A stretch of 64,000 nucleotides of DNA. Origin: Candidatus Geothrix odensensis. Its GTDB lineage: Bacteria > Acidobacteriota > Holophagae > Holophagales > Holophagaceae. The notes under the pieces were generated by a model. The model was not told the DNA's origin. It saw only the letters and a program-made list of their open reading frames with translations, and made no database searches. A program made the translations under genes and the position numbers. Position 1 is the first letter of the stretch. The number at the start of each line of letters is the position of its first letter. Location of the stretch: positions 26,815 through 90,814 of the forward strand of contig JADKCH010000003.1 in NCBI GenBank assembly GCA_016714685.1, given 5' to 3'. Positions 20,428 through 32,622 of the stretch are shown here, one piece after another.

Positions 20428-20525
20428 ACCGCGAAACACACGAAACGCCTTCCGGGCGCGCGAAAAAAGGCCCGAAGGTCGGATGAAGCCGCTCCCCTTT
20501 CGCGCCCTTTCGCGTTTTTCGCGGT
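20428..20525. repeat. Palindromic element with ~9-10 nt periodic (CGCGAAA / TTTCGCG) arms
   Basis: Left accgcgaaacacacgaaa...cgcgcgaaa; right tttcgcgccctttcgcgtttttcgcggt. Confidence 0.72.
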
Positions 20526-20533
20526 TCCTGGTT

Positions 20534-20980
20534 TTATGCGCCGAGGTGGGTCAGCGCTTCCTGCAGGCAGGCGGCCCACACGTCGTCCGGAGTCTCCTCC
20601 AGGAAGAACTCCACGGCGTGGCCCGCCGGCCGGGCTTCGGGATGCCGGGACCAGGCCTCGAAGAGGGCTTCCAGGGGGGCGGCATCCAGGGGGTTGTGCC
20701 GGAACTTGTGGGCCTTGCGGGTGCGATCCGGCTCGGGGCCGCGCAGGCAGACGCCTTCGCGCTTGGTGGCCACGAAGGTGAAGGCCTGGACCCACTTCCC
20801 CCCCATGAGCTGGTTGAAGTGCAGGAAGGCTCCGTGGTGGCTGCGGGAATAGTCGAAGAGCCGGTGCTTCCCCTGCCACTTGGCGGCCCACTGGGCGAGG
20901 ATGGCCGCCAGGCGGGCCCGCTCGGAGGGGTGCCTCAGGCAGCTCTGGGCGTAGGGCAGGAATTCTTCAAGCAGATCCAC
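20534..20980 (-). CDS. Hypothetical protein (148 aa)
   Basis: GTG start with upstream GGAG; protein-like sequence and GC3 bias in the last part of ORF 20534..21670. Confidence 0.7.
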   Translation of the reverse strand: MDLLEEFLPYAQSCLRHPSERARLAAILAQWAAKWQGKHRLFDYSRSHHGAFLHFNQLMGGKWVQAFTFVATKREGVCLRGPEPDRTRKAHKFRHNPLDAAPLEALFEAWSRHPEARPAGHAVEFFLEETPDDVWAACLQEALTHLGA

Positions 20981-21091
20981 GGCGGTCTCCGGCGTCCTCC
21001 ACCCTACCGCACGCACGGCGGGTGAAGGCCCCACCTCCTGCCCTTGCCCCCCGGAAAGACCGCTACCATGAAGCGATTCCCGAGCGCCTAG

Positions 21092-23701
<2,610 letters not shown>

Positions 23702-23752
23702 GCATTCTGGAATACCCAAAACGAGAGCTAAGTCCTTGCGATAACAGCCTCC

Positions 23753-23768
23753 TGTGCCATGGATCACA
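23753..23768. promoter_or_regulatory. Crp/Fnr-type operator
   Basis: TGTGC-CATGGA-TCACA upstream of the hemerythrin-Nfn gene. Confidence 0.65.
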
Positions 23769-23843
23769 AGTGGTCCCAATTAGGTTTTTAGACACAGAAT
23801 TCGCCCCTTGACCATCGCATGCTGAACGGATCTGGAGGCATTC

Positions 23844-26618
23844 ATGTCCGAGTCCGCTCCGCTGCTGATCAGTTCCGGCAACCTGCCCGCCCCCAACTGG
23901 CATGCCACCCACGAGGAGGCCCAGAACCGGCTGACCCGCATGGCCGAGGCCCTGGGGACCGGGGACTGGAAGGAGGTGGACAAGGGCGCCAAGTGGATCT
24001 ACGAGGTGCTCCGACCCCACAACGAGGCCGAAGAGCGCGAGCTGTTCCCCCTGCTGGAGGAGATTGGCGCGGAGGCGCTGCAGCAGCGCCTGTTCGAAGA
24101 CCATCGCCAGATGTGGGACCTCACGCTCCAGCTGCTCACTGAAATCAGCGAAGGCTCTGTCCGCGCCCCGCGCTCTCTGACGCTTCTTGGCCAGCGCCTG
24201 GTGGATCTCATCCGCGACCACATCGAGGCGGAAGAACTGCTCATGCTGCCCCTGCTCAAGGGCAAGTCACTCTACTGCTCCGACGACGAGACCCAGGACG
24301 GCTACCTGATCCTGGAGAAGAAGCTCGTCGCTCCCGAGACCTGGTCCTTCATCGTGCAGGCACCCCAGGTGGCCCGGGGCCGCAAGCCCGGCCAGTTCTT
24401 CATGGTGGCCCCCTTCCCCGAGAGCGAGCGCATCCCCCTCACCCTGGCCGGCGGCGATGCCCGCAAGGGCTACATCCACTTCATCATGCAGGAAGTGGGC
24501 TCCACCACCCAGGCCATGGGCAAGCTCAGCGCGGGCGACCGCCTCTATGCCGTGGCCGGCCCCATGGGCGCCCCCACCGAGCTGGTGGAGGAGGGCACCA
24601 TCGTGCTGATGGCGGGCGGCTACGGTTCCGCCGCCATCCTCCCGGCCGCCGAGGAGCTCCACGCCAAGGGCCGCCGCGTCATCACCATCCTGGGTGGCCG
24701 CAGCAAGGAGCGCGTACTGCTGGCGGACGAGCTGGGCGCGGCCTCGGCCGAGCTCATCGTCACCACCGATGACGGCAGCCTGGGCCGGAAGGGCCTGGTC
24801 ACCGATGCCCTCGCGGATGTCATCGCCCGGGAAGCCATCGCCGAGGTGGTGGCCGTGGGCCCCCTGCCCATGATGCGCGCCGTGGCCGACCTCACGAAGC
24901 CCCACGGCATCTTCACCCTGGTGAGCCTCAACGCGCTCATGGTGGACGGCACGGGCATGTGCGGCGGCTGCCGCGTCAGCGTGGGCGGCGAGACCAAGTT
25001 CGCCTGCTTCGACGGCCCCGACTTCGACGGCCACAAGGTCGACTTCGCCATGCTGCGCAATCGCCAGGATTGGTACAAGGCGGAAGAGCAGTGCGATCCC
25101 AGCGAGTGCAAGATCGGGCGCGTGGCCGCCACCGGCCCCGTGGACTACTCGCAGTACCTGAATGCCCCCGTCACCGACCTGGCCGACTGGCAGAGCCTGG
25201 ACCTGGGCGCCATCAAGCCCAGCCAGAAGATGAAGATCCCCCGCCAGGAGATGGCCTGCCAGCCGCCCGAGCTGCGCGTGTGCAACTTCGACGAAGTGAG
25301 CCTGGGCCTCTCCCCCGAGCAGGCCAAGCTGGAAGCGGCCCGCTGCATCATGTGCAAGCACCCCGCCTGCATCGACGGCTGCCCGGTGAGCATCAACATC
25401 CCGGCCTTCCTGCAGCAGATCGTCAACGGCGATCCCCAGGCCGCGGCCCGGGTCATCAAGGAGAGTTCCTCCCTGGGTTCCGTCTGCGGCCGCGTCTGCC
25501 CCCAGGAGAAGCAGTGCGAGATCAAGTGCGTGGTGGGCATCAAGGGTGATCCCGTCTCCATCGGCCGCCTGGAGCGCTTCGCCGCCGACTCCATGCTGGG
25601 CTCCACCGAACTGCCGCCGGTCGAGGCGTCCACCGGCAAGAAGGTGGCCGTCATCGGCGCGGGCCCCGCGGGCCTAACGGTGGCCGGCGAGCTCATCAAG
25701 AAGGGCCACCAGGTCACGGTCTACGACGCCTTCCACAAGCCCGGCGGCGTGATGCTCTACGGCATCCCCGAGTTCCGCCTGCCCAACGCCATCGTCGACC
25801 AGGAAGTGGACACCCTCCGCCGCCTGGGCGTGAAGTTCGTCATGAACACCCTCGTGGGCCGCAGCATGACCATCGAGGACCTCCGGAAGGAGAACGACGC
25901 CATCTTCATGGGAACCGGCGCGGGCCTGCCCAAGATGATGGGCATTCCTGGCGAGGAGTACAAGGGCGTCTACACCGCCAATGAGTTCCTCACCCGCATC
26001 AACCTCATGCGCGCCGACCTCTTCCCCCAGTACGGCACCCCCGTGACCGTCGGGAAGAACGTCATCATCGTGGGCGCCGGCAACACCGCCATGGACGCCG
26101 CCCGTGCCGCCCGCCGCATGGGCGCCGAACACGTCACCATCGTCTACCGGCGCACCATCAAGGAATCCACCGCCCGCAAGGAGGAACTGGAACACGCCCA
26201 CGAGGAGGGCGTGGAGTTCAAGTTCCTGACCACGCCCGTGCAGCTGCATGGCAACGACAAGGGCTGGATGACCCACGCCGAGTGCGCCGTCATGGAGCTG
26301 GGCGAACCCGGCCCCGATGGCCGCCGCAGCCCCAAGATGACCGACGAGCGCATCATGATCCCCTGCGAGACCCTGGTGGTCGCCCTGGGTTTCGATGTGA
26401 ACCCCCTCCTGGCCATGACCGACAAGGGCCTGAAGACCCTGAAGGGCGGGGTGGTCGTTGTGGACAACGAGACCGGCGAGACCTCCATCCCGGGCGTCTT
26501 CGCCGGCGGCGACGTCATCACCGGCGGCGCCACCGTGATCCTGGCCATGGGCCAGGGCCGCCGGGCCGCGGCGGCCATCCATCACCGCCTCATGGGGGAG
26601 CCCCAGACCGCGGTCTGA
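23844..26618 (+). CDS. Hemerythrin-like domain fused to NfnA (SudB) and NfnB (SudA/GltD-like): electron-bifurcating transhydrogenase
   Basis: N-terminal H..HNEAEE..H..HIEAEE; NfnA SERIPLT, GGYG, DGTGMCGGCRV..CFDGPDF; NfnB EAARCIMC..CIDGCPV, CGRVCPQEKQCE, GAGPAG, GAGNTAMD. Confidence 0.9.
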   Translation: MSESAPLLISSGNLPAPNWHATHEEAQNRLTRMAEALGTGDWKEVDKGAKWIYEVLRPHNEAEERELFPLLEEIGAEALQQRLFEDHRQMWDLTLQLLTEISEGSVRAPRSLTLLGQRLVDLIRDHIEAEELLMLPLLKGKSLYCSDDETQDGYLILEKKLVAPETWSFIVQAPQVARGRKPGQFFMVAPFPESERIPLTLAGGDARKGYIHFIMQEVGSTTQAMGKLSAGDRLYAVAGPMGAPTELVEEGTIVLMAGGYGSAAILPAAEELHAKGRRVITILGGRSKERVLLADELGAASAELIVTTDDGSLGRKGLVTDALADVIAREAIAEVVAVGPLPMMRAVADLTKPHGIFTLVSLNALMVDGTGMCGGCRVSVGGETKFACFDGPDFDGHKVDFAMLRNRQDWYKAEEQCDPSECKIGRVAATGPVDYSQYLNAPVTDLADWQSLDLGAIKPSQKMKIPRQEMACQPPELRVCNFDEVSLGLSPEQAKLEAARCIMCKHPACIDGCPVSINIPAFLQQIVNGDPQAAARVIKESSSLGSVCGRVCPQEKQCEIKCVVGIKGDPVSIGRLERFAADSMLGSTELPPVEASTGKKVAVIGAGPAGLTVAGELIKKGHQVTVYDAFHKPGGVMLYGIPEFRLPNAIVDQEVDTLRRLGVKFVMNTLVGRSMTIEDLRKENDAIFMGTGAGLPKMMGIPGEEYKGVYTANEFLTRINLMRADLFPQYGTPVTVGKNVIIVGAGNTAMDAARAARRMGAEHVTIVYRRTIKESTARKEELEHAHEEGVEFKFLTTPVQLHGNDKGWMTHAECAVMELGEPGPDGRRSPKMTDERIMIPCETLVVALGFDVNPLLAMTDKGLKTLKGGVVVVDNETGETSIPGVFAGGDVITGGATVILAMGQGRRAAAAIHHRLMGEPQTAV

Positions 26619-26735
26619 CCACTGGACCAATTGTGATCAAATCGACCGTTTCATCAGGTATGATAAGGCAGGCACGAACCCTGTCCCGATCCCCATTGCC
26701 GGAACCCCGTTAAGGGCCCCCGGAAGGAGCGCACC

Positions 26736-29700
26736 ATGAGCACACGCGTCATGAAGACCCTGGATGGGAACGAGGCCACCGCCTCGGTCGCCCATCGCCT
26801 CAGCGAGGTCATCGCCATCTATCCCATCACGCCCTCCTCCAACATGGGGGAATGGGCGGACGAGTGGAGCTCCCAGGGCAAGACCAACGTCTGGAAGACC
26901 ATCCCCTCCGTGGTGGAGATGCAGTCCGAGGGCGGCGCCGCTGGCGCGGTTCACGGCGCGCTCCAGGCCGGCAGCCTCACGACGACCTTCACGGCGTCCC
27001 AGGGCCTGCTCCTGATGATCCCCAACATGTACAAGATCGCCGGTGAGCTGACGCCCTTCTGCATGCACGTGTCGGCCCGCACCCTGGCGACCCACGCGCT
27101 GAGCATCTTCGGCGACCACTCGGACGTGATGTCCTGCCGCATGACCGGCTTCGCGATGCTCTCCTCCGAGAGCGTCCAGCAGGCCCACGACTTCGCCGCC
27201 ATCTGCCACTCGGCCACCCTGCGCAGCCGCGTGCCCATCCTGCACTTCTTCGACGGCTTCCGCACCAGCCACGAGGTGGCCAAGATCGAAGTCCTCACCG
27301 ACGAGGACCTGCGCCACATGGTGCCCGACGAGCTGGTGGCCAAGTTCCGCAAGATGGCCCTGACGCCGGACGCCCCCGTCCTCCGCGGCACCGCCCAGAA
27401 CCCCGACACCTTCTTCCAGGCCCGCGAAGCCGGCACGCCCTACTACGAGGCCTTCCCCGCCATCGCCCAGCAGGAGATGGACCGCTTCGCAGCCCTGACG
27501 GGCCGCCAGTACCGGCTCTACGAGTACTTCGGCCACCCCGAGGCCGAGCGCGTGGTCATCGCGATGGGCTCCGGCTGCGACACCACCCACGAGTACGTGG
27601 AGTGGGCCATGAAGCAGGGCGAGAAGGTGGGCGTCCTGAAGGTCCGCCTCTTCAGGCCCTTCGCCATCGCCGAGTTCGTCCGCGCCCTGCCCGCCTCCGT
27701 GAAGAAGATCGCCGTCCTGGACCGCTGCAAGGAGCCCGGCTGCCCCGCCGAGCCCATGCACATGGACGTGGTGTCCGCCCTGCGCGAAGGCCGCGAGGAA
27801 GGCTACACCACGCTTGATCCAATCGTCGTCGGCGGCCGCTACGGCCTCTCCTCCAAGGAGTTCACCCCGGCCATGGTCCAGGGGATCTTCGAGAACCTGA
27901 CCAAGGACAAGCCCAAGAACCACTTCACCATCGGCATCGTGGACGACATCAGCCACAGCTCGCTGACCTACGACGCCAACTTCGACATCGAAGCCGCCGA
28001 TGTGACCCGCGCCCTCTTCTACGGCCTGGGCGCTGACGGCACCGTGGGTGCCAACAAGAACTCCATCAAGATCATCGCCGAGGAGACCCCCAACTACGGC
28101 CAGGGCTACTTCGTCTACGACTCCAAGAAGTCCGGCGCCATCACCATCAGCCACCTGCGCTTCGGCCCCCGCCCCATCAAGAGCCCCTACCTGGTGACCA
28201 AGGCGAACTTCATCGCCTGCCACCAGACCAGCTTCCTCGACAAGTACGAGATGCTCGAGGCCGCCGTGCCGGGCGCCACCTTCCTCATCAACACGCCCCA
28301 CAACGCCGAGAACGTCTGGGAGACGCTGCCGAAGGAAGTGCAGGAGGCCATCGTCGAGAAGAACCTCCGGTTCTACGTGATCGATGCCTATGAAGTGGCC
28401 AAGAACACCGGCATGGGCGTCCGCATCAACACCATCATGCAGACCTGCTTCTTCGCCATCTCCGGCGTGCTGCCCAAGGACGAGGCCATCGCCCAGATCA
28501 AGAAGGCGATCAAGAAGACCTACGGCAAGAAGGGCGACGCCGTCGTCCAGCAGAACTTCAAGGCCGTGGACGAGACCCTGGCCAACCTCTACGAAGTGAA
28601 GGTCCCCGCCACCGCCACCTCCACCCGCGTGCGCCCCCCCATGGTGGCCGCCGGCGCCCCGGACTTCGTCCAGCGCGTCACCGCCGTGATGATGGAAGGC
28701 AAGGGCGACCTGCTGCCCGTCAGCGCCTTCCCCGTCGACGGCACCTGGCCCATGGGCACCACCAAGTGGGAGAAGCGCAACATCGCGCTGGAGATCCCCG
28801 AGTGGGACAGCGGCATCTGCATCCAGTGCAACAAGTGCGTCCTGGCCTGCCCCCACGCCGCCATCCGCGCCAAGGTCTATGACCCCGCGGAACTGGCCGG
28901 CGCTCCCGCCACCTACAAGTCCATCGACTACAAGGGCCCCGAGTACAAGGGCCAGAAGTACACCATCCAGGTGGCGCCCGAGGATTGCACAGGCTGCACC
29001 CTGTGCGTCGAGGTCTGCCCCGCCAAGGACAAGAGCAACCCCAAGCACAAGGCCATCGACATGGTCCCCCAGGCTCCGCTGCGCGAAGCCGAGGCGGCCA
29101 ACTACAGCTTCTTCCTCGATCTGCCTGAAGCCGACCGCACCACAGTGAAGATGGACGTGAAGGGCACCCAGTTCCTCGAGCCCCTCTTCGAATACAGCGG
29201 CGCCTGCTCCGGCTGCGGCGAGACCCCCTACGTCAAGCTGCTCACCCAGCTCTTCGGCGACCGCGCCCTCATCGCCAACGCCACGGGCTGCTCCAGCATC
29301 TACGGCGGCAACCTGCCCACCACGCCCTACACCACCAACAAGGACGGCCGCGGTCCCGCCTGGGCCAACAGCCTCTTCGAGGACAATGCGGAGTTCGGCC
29401 TGGGCATGCGCCTCTCGGTGGACAAGCACCAGGAATTCGGCCTCGAGCTGATGCACCGCCTGGGCTCGAAGCTCGGCGATGAGCTCGTCGCCGGCCTCGC
29501 CACCGCCGACCAGACCACCGAAGCCGGCATCAAGGCCCAGCGGGAACGCGTCGAGATCCTCAAGCAGAAGCTGTCCGTCCTCGCCGAGCCCGAAGCCAAG
29601 ATGCTCCTCGACGTGGCCGACTACCTGGTCGACAAGAGCGTCTGGATCGTGGGCGGCGACGGCTGGGCCTACGACATCGGCTACGGCGGCCTGGACCACG

Positions 29701-30296
29701 TCCTCGCCTCGGGCCGCAACGTGAACGTGCTGGTGCTCGACACCGAGGTCTACTCCAACACCGGCGGCCAGGCCTCCAAGTCCACGCCCATGGGCGCGGG
29801 CGCCAAGTTCGCCATGGCCGGCAAGAGCATGCCCAAGAAGGATCTGGGCATGATCGCCATGTCCTACGGCGGCATCTACGTGGCCAAGATCGCCTTCGGC
29901 TTCCGCGACGCTCAGACCGTCAAGGCCTTCCAGGAAGCCGAGTCCTTCAACGGACCCAGCCTCATCCTGGCCTACAGCCACTGCATCGCCCACGGCTACG
30001 ACCTGTCCCACGGCTGCGACCAGCAGAAGCTGGCCGTGGACTCCGGCCACTGGCCGCTGTTCCGCTTCGACCCCCGCCGCCTGGACAAGGGCGAGGCGCC
30101 GCTCCAGATGGACTCTGGCGCCCCCAAGGTGCCCATGCTCCAGTACGTCCGCAACGAGACCCGCTACCGCATGATCGAGCAGCAGAACCCCGAGCACTTC
30201 AAGAAGCTCATGGATCAGGCCCAGCTCGATACCACCAACCGCTATTCCGTCTACGAGCAGCTCGCCAAGCTGTCCGTCACGGCCAAGCACAGCTGA
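26736..30296 (+). CDS. nifJ: Pyruvate:ferredoxin (flavodoxin) oxidoreductase, homodimeric type
   Basis: DGNEA, YPITPSS, MQSEGGAAG, two ferredoxin motifs CIQCNKC / DCTGCTLC, GACSGCGETPY, GGDGWAYDIG. Confidence 0.98.
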   Translation: MSTRVMKTLDGNEATASVAHRLSEVIAIYPITPSSNMGEWADEWSSQGKTNVWKTIPSVVEMQSEGGAAGAVHGALQAGSLTTTFTASQGLLLMIPNMYKIAGELTPFCMHVSARTLATHALSIFGDHSDVMSCRMTGFAMLSSESVQQAHDFAAICHSATLRSRVPILHFFDGFRTSHEVAKIEVLTDEDLRHMVPDELVAKFRKMALTPDAPVLRGTAQNPDTFFQAREAGTPYYEAFPAIAQQEMDRFAALTGRQYRLYEYFGHPEAERVVIAMGSGCDTTHEYVEWAMKQGEKVGVLKVRLFRPFAIAEFVRALPASVKKIAVLDRCKEPGCPAEPMHMDVVSALREGREEGYTTLDPIVVGGRYGLSSKEFTPAMVQGIFENLTKDKPKNHFTIGIVDDISHSSLTYDANFDIEAADVTRALFYGLGADGTVGANKNSIKIIAEETPNYGQGYFVYDSKKSGAITISHLRFGPRPIKSPYLVTKANFIACHQTSFLDKYEMLEAAVPGATFLINTPHNAENVWETLPKEVQEAIVEKNLRFYVIDAYEVAKNTGMGVRINTIMQTCFFAISGVLPKDEAIAQIKKAIKKTYGKKGDAVVQQNFKAVDETLANLYEVKVPATATSTRVRPPMVAAGAPDFVQRVTAVMMEGKGDLLPVSAFPVDGTWPMGTTKWEKRNIALEIPEWDSGICIQCNKCVLACPHAAIRAKVYDPAELAGAPATYKSIDYKGPEYKGQKYTIQVAPEDCTGCTLCVEVCPAKDKSNPKHKAIDMVPQAPLREAEAANYSFFLDLPEADRTTVKMDVKGTQFLEPLFEYSGACSGCGETPYVKLLTQLFGDRALIANATGCSSIYGGNLPTTPYTTNKDGRGPAWANSLFEDNAEFGLGMRLSVDKHQEFGLELMHRLGSKLGDELVAGLATADQTTEAGIKAQRERVEILKQKLSVLAEPEAKMLLDVADYLVDKSVWIVGGDGWAYDIGYGGLDHVLASGRNVNVLVLDTEVYSNTGGQASKSTPMGAGAKFAMAGKSMPKKDLGMIAMSYGGIYVAKIAFGFRDAQTVKAFQEAESFNGPSLILAYSHCIAHGYDLSHGCDQQKLAVDSGHWPLFRFDPRRLDKGEAPLQMDSGAPKVPMLQYVRNETRYRMIEQQNPEHFKKLMDQAQLDTTNRYSVYEQLAKLSVTAKHS

Positions 30297-30306
30297 GGGT
30301 GACGAC

Positions 30307-31299
30307 ATGAACCTCTCGACCACCTACCTCGGCCTCAAGCTCGCCCACCCGCTCATGGCGGGCGCCTCCCCCATGGTGGATGACATGGGCATGGTCAAGC
30401 GCCTGGAAGACGCCGGCGCCTCGGCCATCGTGATGCACTCCCTCTTCGAGGAGCAGATCACCCGCGAAGAGCAGGGCACCATCATGGACATGCAGCTCAG
30501 CGCCAATTCCAGCGCCGAAGCACTCTCCTACTTCCCGCAGCCCGATGATTTCCGCCTGGGGCCCGAGAAGTACCTGGAGCAGATCCGCCGCATCAAGGAT
30601 GCCGTGTCCGTGCCCGTCATCGCCTCGCTGAATGGCACCACGCCCGCGGGCTGGCTTCACTACGGCAAGCTGATGCAGGAGGCCGGCGCCGACGCACTGG
30701 AACTCAACGTCTACTACATCCCCACGGACGCGAAGGAGTCCGCCTCCGAAGTGGAGAAGCGCACCCTCGACATCGTGCGGGCCGTGAAGGCCGAAGTGAA
30801 GATCCCCGTCTCCGTGAAGCTCTCGCCCTTCTTCTCCGCCCTGGCGCACTTCGCGGTGGAGCTCGAGGGTGCGGGCGCCGATGGCCTGGTGCTCTTCAAC
30901 CGCTTCTTCCAGCCCGACATCAATGTCGAGGAACTGGTGGCCGAACCCAGCCTGCAGCTGTCCGGCCCCGCCGACCTGCTGCTCCGCCTGCGCTGGCTGG
31001 CGGTGCTCCATGGCCACGTGAAGGGCAGTCTCGCCGTCACCGGCGGCGTGCATGACGGCATCGGCGCCCTCAAGGCGGTCATGGCCGGCGCGGACGCGGT
31101 GCAGATGGTCTCGGCCCTGCTGATCCACGGCCCCGACCGCCTGGCCCAGAGCCGGGCCACCCTGGCCGAGTGGCTCGAGGAGCACGAGTACGAGTCCCTG
31201 GCCCAGGCCCGGGGCAGCATGAGCCTGGTCAAGTCCCCCAACCCCCAGGCCTTCACCCGCGCCAACTACATGCGCATCCTGAACGGATGGAAGCCCTGA
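30307..31299 (+). CDS. Dihydroorotate dehydrogenase-like flavoprotein
   Basis: LSTTYLGLKL..P, PVIASLNG, ALELN, VKLSPFF, LFNRF, TGGVH; co-oriented with PFOR. Confidence 0.9.
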   Translation: MNLSTTYLGLKLAHPLMAGASPMVDDMGMVKRLEDAGASAIVMHSLFEEQITREEQGTIMDMQLSANSSAEALSYFPQPDDFRLGPEKYLEQIRRIKDAVSVPVIASLNGTTPAGWLHYGKLMQEAGADALELNVYYIPTDAKESASEVEKRTLDIVRAVKAEVKIPVSVKLSPFFSALAHFAVELEGAGADGLVLFNRFFQPDINVEELVAEPSLQLSGPADLLLRLRWLAVLHGHVKGSLAVTGGVHDGIGALKAVMAGADAVQMVSALLIHGPDRLAQSRATLAEWLEEHEYESLAQARGSMSLVKSPNPQAFTRANYMRILNGWKP

Positions 31300-31318
31300 T
31301 CGAGGGTTTTTCCCCAAG

Positions 31319-31343
31319 AAACCCCCGGGCGACCGGGGGTTTT
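31319..31343 (+). terminator. Intrinsic terminator of the PFOR operon
   Basis: aaacccccgg-gcga-ccgggggtttt. Confidence 0.8.
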
Positions 31344-31349
31344 GCGTAT

Positions 31350-31365
31350 TGTGCGCGGAATCACA
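31350..31365. promoter_or_regulatory. Crp/Fnr-type operator
   Basis: TGTGC-GCGGAA-TCACA upstream of the first Rrf2 gene. Confidence 0.65.
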
Positions 31366-31445
31366 GTCTTTGGATGTGATTGACCTAAGGATCGTCTATT
31401 ATTTTCTAATCTCTGTCTCATCCCAATTCCACAGCGCAGGTGACC

Positions 31446-31979
31446 ATGCTTCCTCTGTCCCAGTCCTCCGGTTACGCGGTCCTGGCCATGAGCTGCCTCG
31501 AGGACCCAGGTGGCAAGCCCACCCTCGTCGTCGATGTGGCTGCGCGCACCGGCTTTCCCCGCCCCTACCTCTCCAAGATGATCCACAAGCTCGCCAAGGT
31601 CGGTCTGGTCATGGCGAAGCGCGGCAACAAGGGAGGTGTGGTTCTGTCCCTGGCCGCCAAGGAGATCACCCTGGATCTCATCGCCGAGGCCGTGGATGGC
31701 TCCGAGTGGCGTAACCAGTGCCTCCTGGGCTTCAAGGACTGCACGGATGAGCGCGCCTGCCCCTCCCACACGTTCTGGAAGGCCGAACGGGATCACATCT
31801 ACCGCTGCCTGAAGGACATCACCCTCGAAGAGATCCGCACCTTCGAGCAGCAGAGCCGCGGCTGGCGCCTGGCGGATGCCTTGCCCGAGAAGAAGCTCAA
31901 GCCCCGGGTCAAGAAGGCCGCCAAACCCGCCGCCAAGAAGCCGGTCGCCCCCAAGAAGGCTCCCGTCAAGAAGGCCTGA
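31446..31979 (+). CDS. Rrf2 family transcriptional regulator with Lys/Ala/Pro-rich C-terminal tail
   Basis: GYAVLAM...PYLSK...RGNKGGVVL; C-X6-C-X5-C-X2-H; tail KKAAKPAAKKPVAPKKAPVKKA. Confidence 0.92.
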   Translation: MLPLSQSSGYAVLAMSCLEDPGGKPTLVVDVAARTGFPRPYLSKMIHKLAKVGLVMAKRGNKGGVVLSLAAKEITLDLIAEAVDGSEWRNQCLLGFKDCTDERACPSHTFWKAERDHIYRCLKDITLEEIRTFEQQSRGWRLADALPEKKLKPRVKKAAKPAAKKPVAPKKAPVKKA

Positions 31980-32000
31980 TCCAGGGCCCTTCTGCCGCAA

Positions 32001-32030
32001 GTAAGAGGCCGCCTGTTGGCGGCCTCTTGC
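32001..32030. terminator. Hairpin between convergent Rrf2 genes
   Basis: aagaggccgcc-tgtt-ggcggcctctt. Confidence 0.65.
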
Positions 32031-32049
32031 GTTGGAACGGAAGGCTCAA

Positions 32050-32544
32050 TCAATGCACGCTGGCGTGCTCGCATGGGCAGGCCGCCGCATGAGGCTCATT
32101 CACGAGGCCATGGGTGGCCCGGAACCGCTCGACACCCGGATCGTGATTCTGGGCCAGGTCCGCCAGGGTCACCGAGCGCAGGCGCGCCATGATCTGGTCC
32201 AGCGTGGTGTGCCAGAACTCGTGGAGGACGCAAGGGGAGTGATCCGAACAGCCCAGCAGCCCCATGAGGCATCGGTTCCGCCAGGCGGAGCCGTCGATGG
32301 CATCGGACAGATCCTCGAGCGTGATCTCGGTGCTGGGCCGGGCCAGCACCACGCCGCCGTGATGCCCCCGGCGGGCGACCACCAGGCCCCGTTTCGCCAG
32401 CTTGTGGATCAGCTTCGACAGGTAGGACCGGGGGATGCCCGTGTACTCCGCCACCTCCTCCACCAGTACCGGCTGCCCGCCAGGCTCCTGGAGGCAGCGC
32501 AACGCCCGCACCGCATAGCCCGTGGTCTGGGACAGTGGGAGCAT
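32050..32544 (-). CDS. Rrf2 family transcriptional regulator
   Basis: MLPLSQTTGYAVRAL...SYLSK...RGHHGGVVL; CLMGLLGCSDHSPCVLH. Confidence 0.92.
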   Translation of the reverse strand: MLPLSQTTGYAVRALRCLQEPGGQPVLVEEVAEYTGIPRSYLSKLIHKLAKRGLVVARRGHHGGVVLARPSTEITLEDLSDAIDGSAWRNRCLMGLLGCSDHSPCVLHEFWHTTLDQIMARLRSVTLADLAQNHDPGVERFRATHGLVNEPHAAACPCEHASVH

Positions 32545-32622
32545 CGGAACCTCCATGAAAGAGCTTGCCAGAAAAGGCCTTGTTAATGAAGATGCTCCGG
32601 TAATCTAACGAGTCAACCCCAT

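Noticed and set aside
26637-30323. 1228-aa minus-strand ORF, and similar long antisense ORFs such as 33299..36160 +, 21680..23779 - and 55388..58237 +
   Set aside because: These are shadow frames of strongly GC3-biased real genes. They have no motifs and fully overlap confident CDSs.
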